From Dipteris shenzhenensis (lineage: Eukaryota), in assembly GCA_047967505.1 (NCBI GenBank), contig CM106538.1: a DNA stretch of 64,000 nucleotides. The stretch is one strand, 5' to 3'. This document shows positions 50,710 through 60,976 of the stretch, one piece after another; positions within the stretch are counted from its first letter, which is position 1; each line of letters opens with the position of its first letter. The position numbers were made by a program, and so were the translations under genes. Under the pieces are notes generated by a model. The model saw nothing but the letters and a program-made list of their open reading frames with translations, was not told the DNA's origin and did no database searches.

Positions 50710-50860
50710 CTTGTCATATAATGACATCTTCTGATGCCTGGAGCTGGTAGTCTCTTTCTTCGGGACTATTTCTTGTAATATACTGTCAACTAGATTTCAC
50801 ACCTGCTCCCCCACCCCAAAAGAAATGTGTGTGTGTGTGTGCACGTGTGCACATGCATGT
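50710..50860 (+). repeat. Short dispersed repeat, copy 2 (copy 1 at 27294-27420)
   Basis: Same CTTGTCATATAATGACATCTT... core plus (TG)n tail. Confidence 0.7.
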
Positions 50861-53448
50861 GTGTTTTTGGTGTGTGTAGGGGGGGCGTCACATGCATGCG
50901 TAGAACATGCACATAGGTGCATCCATGCATTCATGTGTGTGGAGAGGAAAGATAGAGAGGGAGGCAAAGAGAACCAAAGAGAGGGAGGTTGGAAGAATAC
51001 TGAAGTGATAGCAAGGAGTGGAGAAGTAGGGGAAGGAAGTTGAGAACAAAGATAGGGACGAAGAGAACCAAAGGGAGGGAGCTTGGAAGGATATTGAGAG
51101 CGAGAGCAGGAGTAATTGCAAAATTAAAAGTGAGAGGAGGAGGGGAAGGAAGTGGTGGAGCTAAATAAATGGCATTTGTTTCCCTACCGATTTAATATTC
51201 TTGCTAATTTTATTGCCACATGAAAAAGTGTTTCCTTTTGAGTTCATGATTTTGATAACAAGCAAAAGTCACTCAAAGCATAAGAGAAGCAAAGAACTAT
51301 GCTCATAACATAACAAATGTCAAAAGATGTTGCTAAATAAAAGTGACATTTATTGCTAGGAAATGTTTTAAAAGGGATACCTTGATGTGATACATAAGAA
51401 CTACAAAGTATCGCATCTATTGCACCCAAGCATTGGATACATGTGGTGTTGTTCACTACTATGCAAGGAGTATGCTACTTGGTGAGGCCATGTCTAGTTG
51501 GTAGAGATTTAGCTTTGGACATTTGTTCCAATCGGAAGGGAAAAGATGAGTCATTGCTTTTGCCAAGGTATTTGTTGTAATCTTGAAGTTAGTGGACTTG
51601 TAGCTAGAATTTTCAAAACTATTTCAATTTTATGCTTGGCATGGATTTTATTTTTCCTCTACCAAACATTTAGCTTCTAGGTCCTTGTGATATGTATTTA
51701 TTGGTCTCTCTATGTAAGAGCTTGCTTTTAAAGGAATGTTGATAAATTTCCTAGCCCTTGAGGTCTTCAATCTTTAAGAAATTACGAATGCTAGCTTTGA
51801 AAATCCTTGGATTTTACATGTATGAGGTGTATATGCCATTTATGATCGACTTTTTGATTGCTCAAGCTTGTCTACCATAGACTAAGAATATGTTGGTGTG
51901 CATGCATGCATGCATATCAATGCAGGTGTGTTGCTGGCATCTTGCACTCTTCAAGTTTAAATAGGGAAATTATATTCCTTTTTGGATGGCAAGATCAATT
52001 CTTAACCATTTCTTGACTTTAATGCATTGTTCACTATAAAGAATTGTATTTTTAGAGAACACTCAAGGAATTGTGTTCAACTAAACATGTGATGTGTCTT
52101 GAGTGCATCACTGAAAAATGGCTTTGGTGTTAAATATGCAAAATCCATCATATTTTTCATGTTTAAAACTAATCATTTATCATGCACACATTGGCTTATG
52201 TAAGCTTGCTTCATTGGAAATAACGTAAGGATTGAGACCAATTTTTAAGAGTCTGACTCTCGTGAACAAATTTTACTGCTCTTCCTAGCCTTTTGACTCT
52301 TGCCACATAGTACTAGTGCTTGCTATTATGTAGATGCTTGGAGTACTAATAACTAGTGCATAGTCAAGCATGGACATCAAGCCTCCTTGTGCGGGTGCAA
52401 GTTTGACCAATTAATTGTAAAGGTCATCATGGTATAGCCCTATTACTTCAAATCATTATATAATGTTTAGGAATGAGAAATTGTGAACTTGACATTTGGC
52501 CCGTGGGTATAGATAGGGGATAGATACAATAGGAGGTTGAACTAATTACCCTATGGGTTTTGTAATATAAAGTGTAGGTGAGCGGTTGGGTGGTCGTTAG
52601 GATTTAGGATAGGCTGAGCTGAGTGAGCAGTGTAGGTAGGCAAGCTGCGTGTAAACCGGGGGGGGGGAAACCGCGTGAGGGGGGACCAGTACGCGCTTAT
52701 ACGAATAATGCTGCAAACATGGCGGGTCCCAAGCTTAACTAATTTCGATAGACACTGGATTGCGATAGAATCCAAGATGCGGGTTTTTAAAGACAGTAAA
52801 CCGCCGGTTTAGGGCATGATTTTGCAGGGGCGGGCAGCTTTGGATATTATAGCGGTCATGATTGCCCAAATACCCATGTATAAAAGCCGACAGCAAATGG
52901 CAAGAAAGGATTATACATGGAATCTTCCAAGGCGATACGTACTATTCAATGGCATTGACCGCCGCCAGGATTGGTGAATGGGGTTAATAATAATAAAAGA
53001 CGGGGGTTGTTTTTAAAGAAATTGAGGTAAGACTAAAAGTCTTATGTGGATCGCAACAGCGGCCGCCGCCTCCCTTGCCTTTATCGCCACCCTCGTCTTC
53101 GTCTTCTCGTTTTTGAGAGTCTCTGGTTTTTCGCCATCGCCAAGCTCCTTCTTCTACCTCCTCCTACCTTTTGCCTACCGTAAAACGTTTCTTTTTCCTC
53201 CCCACGACACCCGTCCTCTCTCCCCTTGTCCCCTGCTTCAGTACTTGCCCTTCCCTCGCCACCCGAAAACCATCCTTCTTCCTTGTTCCCAGCGCCTGAC
53301 GCCGACTCTCGAACTCCTCGTGTACCTCATCCCTCTCCTCCCCTCCCCTTCCCCTGCCCACGATCTTTTCTCGACTCACTTCCTTCTTTGTTCCCCTGAA
53401 GATGAACGTACGACTTCACCCTCTCGGCGCACAATCTGCTTTCGGATC

Positions 53449-55098
53449 ATGAATGTCAAGTCCCTGGTAGCGAAGGTGCGGCCCAGGCCCAGCTGCAGGA
53501 ATGCGGCTCACGTTATAGGAGCTCAGGTCCGGATCTTCAAGCGCGCGTTGAAACGATTCACCGATACGCTCTGGCAACAAATTATGGTGTCTCTCACTAG
53601 CTGCTGTGTGAATTCTGGTGTCTTGGAAGGCGTTGCCCCTTATCAACGGCTTAAACGTACTAAATCCAATCACAGTGACTCGGATGTGGAATCGAGAGGC
53701 CGAATCCCTCCACCCATCGTGCTTGTGCCCCCTTCAATGACTCAGTCCGAGTTTGGGATTGACGATGAGGCTCCGATGGAGGCGACGACGTCCGTCCTGG
53801 ACGACCAAGAAGACACTGTCGTGTTGAAAGTCAGCATTCTGGGGGATTCGGAAACGGGAAAGACGAGTTTTATGGTAGGTTCAGGGGCCCTGTTAGTGCA
53901 CACTTTTTGCTCTGACACCGTATTCTAATGCTTGTGCCAAACAGTTCTGATGGGAGCTGGTTCGTCGAGTATTGTGAGAGCCATGTTAGGGAACAAGTTT
54001 CGCTTTCGACGAGTATTGCGACGGAGCGTTAGTTCTTTTCTGCCTCATCAAGCTGTTTTTGGTGATCGGTGCAGGCCAAGTACCTTTCGGTGGAGAAAAC
54101 TGAAGAATATGTGGAAACCATAGGCGTTGCGTCGGTGGAGAAGGTCTTTAGAGTTCAGAATGCCAACATTGCTTTCAGCATTTGGGATCTGGGTGGTGAG
54201 TATCCAAGGAGTGATTGCAATTTGAAGGGAAGATAAGCAGCGTTCGGTAAAAATTCAGACATTGACAGATAGTTACAGCTACGACCGCTGCGCTGGGACG
54301 GAAGGTTTTGTGTTGTTTGTTGATTGTGCACTGTGGATGCTGCAGGTCACTGGCAATGCGCAAGCATGTTGCCGATGGTATGCCGGGATTCGGCTGCGAT
54401 CCTCATCATGTTCGATTTAACGCGAAGATCTACCTTGCACAGGTGAGTTCTGTGTCTGTGGCCGAGAATTGTAGCGGGATGCAAAATTGCAGCATGCCAG
54501 GCGGCTGCTGTTTTTTGCCAGGCAGAATTGAGTTCTAATGTTGTTTTGCTTCTGCTGATGATTATGGCAGCGTAAAGGAATGGTTCCTGCAAGCCAGGGC
54601 GTGCAATAAGGTACAATTCTCTCTCGATCAGGAGCACTTGGGCCTTGTCGCCTCGGACAGATTCTCTGTGAAAAACTAGAAACGTGTAGTTTGTCTCTTC
54701 TCACCGTCGTTTGCTTTCTGTGCAGACTGCTCTTCCGGTCATTATCGGAACGAAATATGATCATTTCGTAGAAATGCCGCGAGACATCCAGCTCGCTATC
54801 ATACAGCAGGTTGGCAGCCTCTGTCCCTTCTCGATCTCCATGTGGTTCCATTTCGCAGTCTCATCGTCTCAGCCGGGAAAAGGTTCCATTTCGCAAACTC
54901 ATCCTCTCGGATTTTCGCATTTGTCTCCTGCAGGCCAGATTCTACGCACAGGCTATGGGCGCATCGCTTTTCTTTTCCAGCGTCACCCATAACATCAACA
55001 TACACAAAATCTTTAAGGTCATCGTTGCTAAGTTGTTCGACCTGCCGTGCAATATTTCCAGAAACCTTAACTTTGGAGAACCCATCATCGATTATTGA
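53449..55098 (+). CDS. SGP1: Septum-promoting GTP-binding protein (Spg1/Tem1-family small GTPase), ~310 aa. Exons 53449-53874, 54075-54195, 54346-54442, 54571-54610, 54726-54809, 54934-55098
   Basis: GT-AG exons join in frame (933 nt): VLKVSILGDSETGKTSFM (G1), FSIWDLGG (G3), CRDSAAILIMFDLTRRSTL, VKEWFLQAR, PVIIGTKYD (G4), ARFYAQAMGASLFFSSVTHNINIHKIFKVIVAKLFDLPC...GEPIIDY*. The start ATG at 53449 is my choice; the ORF is open back to 53044. Confidence 0.93.
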
Positions 55099-56846
55099 TC
55101 AGCGTGGCTTCAGATAACTCGCTTGTACATGTATACTTAGCAATTCTTTGGTGAATCCACCTTATTACACAGCAAAACATCCTCGCCACACGCACAATAG
55201 CGTCGGTCGCTAGCGAGAGAGTATCCATTTAATACAGCCCCCCCCCCCCCTCTCCAAGTCCAGAGATCTCTTCATTGTCACTCAAATTGGGATGCCAGCC
55301 GGCTGAGCTGTGAGAACGTCCCCTCTCCACTCTCTGACAACGAACAATTGCAACTTCAAACTTTTCGATTTTGCAATCGCATTGTCGCGTGCAATGTCCG
55401 ATTTGCTTATTCTCTGTACCATTATATTGGGATTCGATCCCTTGGAAGATTTTGGACTGATCCTGAGTACTCCACACATGTACCCGATTTGTAGTTTATG
55501 TTTTATATGTTGTTCGCGTTTTGTATTCTGTTTTATTCCAAATTTCTACGAAGTTCTAAGGCAATGCGCAATACCAAAGAGTATCTTTGCGATCATCGCT
55601 CTCTCACTCTCAGATGAGCCTTGGTCATGCCTAAGTTCGGTTTCCACAACAGTTACTTGAGGGAAGACTACCTATGGTATAGGAAAGTCTCTAGACAAAG
55701 ATGAAGCCATTAAGATGAGTTCAAACCATTAAGATGAGTTCAGTTCATGTCTAAAATGTTTGGTACAATGTTTATGTTATAATGGATGGAACATATCCCT
55801 TGAAATCTAGAACTATATAAGGCTCAGTTTTTAAACAATCTTTGTCTTTTAAATAACTTTCATGATATGAAGAAAACCCCTCATAGAAACTATGTAAACT
55901 GTAGAGGATTATGTTTTGGGCTCTCTTTATGGAGATGTGCCACTTTGAGACTTATAAGTTATCCCCATGAAAGTTACATTTAAGATAAGAAACAATAGAA
56001 TTTCTTCGAAAGAAATAGATTTGTATCCTCATTGATTATCGATTTTAGGGTAGAAATCAGTCTCAGATAGAGCCATGCAAGGCCAAGAAGAATTTCAGTC
56101 ACCATTAAATATTTTGGCCACAGAAGGCAAGTTTCCAGGGAAGGAATTCCAAAGATGATTGTAATAATAAGAATGAGGTTGAAAACCTCAATTAAGGATT
56201 TATCTTTTCTATATGCAGGTTTTGCCTAGTGGCTTTGGAAATTGCAAGATGTCTCCTTCTAATCTTGAATGCTAGAAAGTATGAAAATCCTTTTGGTAAA
56301 TATAAACCTACATTTTGATTGAGTTGTCTAATATTTGTATATCTACTACCATGTTGTTAAGCATTGTCAATAAGTTTAAGTGAGATTCTCTAGAATTATT
56401 GGTGAGCTATGTGAGTCATGTGATTTTCATTACGGAAGGGGAGAAATAAGTAGTGTTTTTCATTAGTGAAGGGGAGAAATAACTCCAAAGTAATTGTCAT
56501 GGGGTTATCTTAGACAAGATAAAAGGAGAATAGGAGACAAATTGGGTGACAATCATAGGATTTAACAAAAGGATGCACTTTATATACCAGTTAGTCAAAT
56601 GTAGGAATTGGACATTATAGATTGACTAAGAACTTTGGTGATCAAAGTTCAAAGTTCATTGGATACTTCTTAATAAGCAGTTCCTTTGATGGGAGACTCA
56701 CATTGAGTTTAGTTGATTTTACTTAAATTTTGGGGAAACTAGAGATTACGAAATGAGAGATTAGCTTCTAGAAGCATGAGGACTTTGGAATGAAGTTAAG
56801 ATTCATTATATAATGGAATATACGCTAGATCCAGTTAAAGAGAGAA

Positions 56847-56943
56847 TTATTGATTAAAAGAGCTCATTTTGGGGCCTTGGGAGAAATTCACGAGACTTAT
56901 TGATTAAAAGAGCTCATTTTGGGGCCCTGAGAGAAATTCACGA
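56847..56943. repeat. 2 x 50-bp tandem repeat containing the same motif as the CACTA terminus
   Basis: TTATTGATTAAAAGAGCTCATTTTGGGGCC.TG.GAGAAATTCACGA at 56847 and 56897; GAGCTCATTTTGGGGCC also occurs at 57826-57842. Confidence 0.85.
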
Positions 56944-57539
56944 CCTCACATTCATTTTTTGTTGGTTCAAAATATCCAAAAATAATAAAATATATGCAAG
57001 TACTATAAACATGTTTGAGGATAGAAGAATAAAGATATACTCTTATATCAACACGTAGTATTCCACAAGCTTTTGTATTGAATGCTCCTACAAGCCACTT
57101 CTTTCTCTCAATCATTTTGTAGCCACCTTCGTGATCTATTTAGCTCCTCTGTCAGGACACTATAACTAATCTTGCCATAGCCTTGTTTTTCAAATTTTCA
57201 AAGCTTACGATCATCAACTCTTTGCTTTATTAAAAGGTAATGAGATTGTGAAGAAAGGGAAAAACATTGCTCCCAAAATGGCAGTGTCCAACTACAACCC
57301 TACAGAACAAGTGAACAAGAGCATCATCCCACAATCGATGTACTTATAATGTTTGCTAAATGTTCACCCCATGTATTTTTTGGCCACAGCTCCCCATGTA
57401 TACTTTGTCCCTATCCAAATACATGTACATGAATGGGCCATTGGTTGTAATTACTTAATATATTGACATGCTCCTGCCACATTTATTTAATTCTTATGCT
57501 TACTTTGTAAATTGTTGTGTAGTTCATGAGCTCCCCACC

Positions 57540-57810
57540 AAGACCTAGTTTTACCGCGACCACTTCCTGAGCATCTCAGAAGAGGGATTCATCATCAGAC
57601 CCTAGTATGTGAGGACAAAGGAGTGTCTATGCACTAAGGATCGCGATTGGACAGATGTGGGTCTCATCCAATTAGCTGAGGATTGAGACAGGGAGAGAAG
57701 CATGTATACCCAAAGAGCAGCGGATGCATGCTATGCATATTGGGAGTGATTAAGACATAGGAGTACTTTCTCTATGCCTTCCAAGCCTACTACGAGATCC
57801 ACAGGTGATA
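57540..57810 (+). mobile_element. RTE-X-like LINE ORF2 C-terminal fragment, cut off at the CACTA end
   Basis: ALRIAIGQMWVSSN*LRIETGREACIPKEQR matches the R.SSH.L.IETGR...ER.C zinc-finger region of RTE-X-type LINEs; the homology stops at 57810. Confidence 0.6.
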
Positions 57811-58537
57811 CACTAGGAAAAAAAGGAGCTCATTTTGGGGCCTTTTGGCCAAAATGGAAAATAGCTCTCAACCAATGGCCATAGGGCCAACATAACATGA
57901 GGAAATTTTAAAAATTTTGAATTGTATCTGGATTGTCAAACCAAGAAAGAATATTTTATTCATGTACAACTATCAATAACAAATAAAAAATTTGGTCAAT
58001 CTACTGACATGATTCTACTATCTGGCAATGTCTCATTCAAAATACATCACCAACTGAAATGTGCTTTCCCTCCCAAACTACTCTCCCTTCCCAAATTACT
58101 CTTCCCTCTCTCTCTCTCTCTCTCTCTGGTGCTTCCTCGTATGCGTTCCTTCAACCTATAGATTGAGTTGCCTTCCGTGAGTTTTGGGTGGCAATGGCAA
58201 ACCAGTAGAGAACCAGTAATTCGAAGTACCTCTAGGAGAAAGGTGTGTTTGTTAGAATGCTTTGTCAATCTCTCTCTTTGAATCTAATCTATGCTTGTGC
58301 AAAACGGTGTGTTTATCAGAATGTTGCAGGCTAGAATATAACTTTTGGAAGTTTTTCATGGGTACGGCAAACCATTGATAGGACCTCGCTCTTTGAGAAG
58401 CTTTCTTTATCAAAATATTGAGGTACACCAGTGAGCTCTTTGCTTTTTCAATCTCTTTTTTTGAGATTTAAGAAGTGAAAGTATTAAGTTGGACAATACT
58501 CTTTTAGTTTTTGGTGAACAAGAGTGTATTTATAAAG

Positions 58538-60327
58538 ATGCTGCAAAATAGAATACAACTTTTGAAAGTTTTTCATGGGGACGACAACACAATAACTTGT
58601 CCTAGTTTTTCAGGAAGCTTTGTTGATCATAATATTGAAGCACAAGGTATGAGAACGATGTAGTTGCTTTGTCAATCTCTCTCTTTGATAATATTCTTAA
58701 AGTTTTGAATAAGAAGATCGTGCTTATGCAAGACTAGAGTATAATGTGTGCTCTTTGATATGTCCATTGACTTTTCAAGTGTTCGAGGACAAGTTTGGTC
58801 TCAATGGCATGCATCGATAATCAAAACCAATCTTATGTCAGACATCATGTTGATCAGACTGTCAAGGACGAAGCTATAAACGCGAGCTCCCTCACTCGTT
58901 GACCTCTTTCCTATATCTTCCATCGATGTTGCCAATAAGGTTATTTGGGTGGCTCCTGGTAAAGACTTACTGTATCAAAAGGAAGTTGGGTGCTCATGCA
59001 ACCAAACAGAAGGAAGAAGCCATGATCAAGTAATCTCTTTTTGGCATCTTGGAAGGGTAGGGTGAAAGATTTTAGAACCAAGGAGGGAATGAAATCAATA
59101 AAGGAAATATTGGTTCAACATGTATACATGCAAAGAGAGCTTGTGTTCCGAAAGAATTATCCAACTTATCTTCCACAACACAGACCAAATTGTACTTAAG
59201 TGACTTCATTGAGAATTTCTATTTCATAATTGTAAGTGACTTCATTGAGAATTTATATTTCATAATTGTAAGTGACTTATCTTCCACAGCAGCATAAACC
59301 AAATTGTAAGTGACTTCATTGAGAATTTATATTCATTATCAGAGAATTTCCTAAAACTCAATGTCTTTATTTTTATTTTAAGATATATATCCATCTTATG
59401 AGCAGTGGCAGCCTACCGAATGTATTTTAGGATTCATGGATGTGTTACATGGGTCCATAGGAGAGTTGCAATATTAAGGTAGATTGGCAACACAGTTAGC
59501 TCAGTCAAGAGTCTTTTTCTATGATCATTTTTACCAACTATTGGATATAGCCAACACATATGGTGTGTTGAAGAAACTATCTCTCCTAGCATGGAATACC
59601 ATTGATTGGCCAATTCCTCATGGTGGTGTAATAGAGTCATATAGAGCCAGGTTGTTTTCAAAAGTACAACGATCCTTACAGCCAGGGATTGCTAGTAGAA
59701 TTAACAAAATAACTATTTGCATGCCAATAACAGTCTTTGTAGATCTATTCAATAAATTTTCTATCAATATTTGCAAGACAATGCTCACTTATAATGCAAA
59801 TGGCGCTGAAAGAATTCCTGACTTCTTGGATTATGGTTGGGACATGATAACATCCAACCAAGTATACTGTGAGGTTGTGCACAACTCCATTAAATTTAAG
59901 TATATGATTGCCACTCAAAATTTCATATTAACCTTTTACTATAGACATAGTAGAATGATTGGGAACCAATTGGTTCCAATGGATCAAGATTTGAACTCTT
60001 TTGGTCTTGAGAATGAAGCACTGGATATCACCATTAAGGAGAATGACAAATTTTTGGGAATTATATCACTCAGACAATGTTGCACACTCGCTCAATTATG
60101 CCAAGACATTCAGGTGGATACAGAGGGAAGTGTTGTAGAAAGATTATCATTCATTTTGAATAACAAGAAGGTAAACCAAGAGTTGAATATGACTCAATGT
60201 TTTTTATTTATTATTGAATGAATCATTGATTAACACTACATGTTGATAGGTATTGTAATGAAGGGAAAGGAGAATTCTGTGTAGAGATGTCCCAAATGGG
60301 ATTATTGAGATAATTCAAAATTCATGA
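58538..60327 (+). pseudogene. Spliced BAH-domain protein gene with a possible C-terminal ubiquitin-like domain, disabled. Approximate exons 58538-58646, ~58780-59191, 59383-60170, 60250-60327
   Basis: KVIWVAPG...SWKGRVKDF...ILVQHVYMQREL...RPN|YIYPSYEQWQPTECILGFMDVLH...VFFYDHFY follows the BAH strand pattern; contains in-frame stops and frameshifts. Confidence 0.55.
59198..59335. repeat. ~36-bp tandem repeats overlapping an intron donor of the BAH gene
   Basis: AAGTGACTTCATTGAGAATTT(C/A)TAT at ~59198, ~59234 and ~59308, plus a duplicated TTATCTTCCACA...ACCAAATTGTA. Confidence 0.85.
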
Positions 60328-60802
60328 TTACATATATTGTATTAATACATCAAATAGGTACAAAATGATTATTTACATAGTATACAATTGTGAGGCAACG
60401 GATAAAAATTATACATTATAATGTTAAACAAATGGATGATTCTTAGACAATCGTTGCCGTTTAGGCGATGGTGGATGCTATGAAGAGTTTGCATTCACTG
60501 CATAGGAATATTCTATGAAGAAGGTTGATCAAGGAGCTTCTGTTGTGCCTTTTCCTCATCCATCGCCTTCTCTTCCATGTACTGATCTCGCCTTTGCTCT
60601 AGTAGTTGAAGGTTTCTAGGCTATACAATATTGTTGGAGTCAGAGAAGCTCTACAATGATATTGGCTCTAAAGTTATAGCCATAATCAGCATTGTAGCTA
60701 TATTTTTTATCATTTACAAACAACAATGGAGAATCCGTTTCTCTGGTATTGTAACAATTTGTCATTAAAAGTTTATAATAGATACATCTATATTCACAAG
60801 TC

Positions 60803-60928
<126 letters not shown>

Positions 60929-60976
60929 GGATTACAAACCAGAGTCTCATATATAAATGAATTTCATTAGACATCA

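Noticed and set aside
50388-50750. His/Thr- and Cys/Val-rich ORFs
   Set aside because: Translations of the (TG)/(CA) microsatellite.
53044-53448. 135-aa hydrophobic N-terminal extension of SGP1 in the ORF track
   Set aside because: CT-rich sequence typical of a 5' UTR; similarity to the family begins around the ATG at 53449. It cannot be fully excluded without transcript data.
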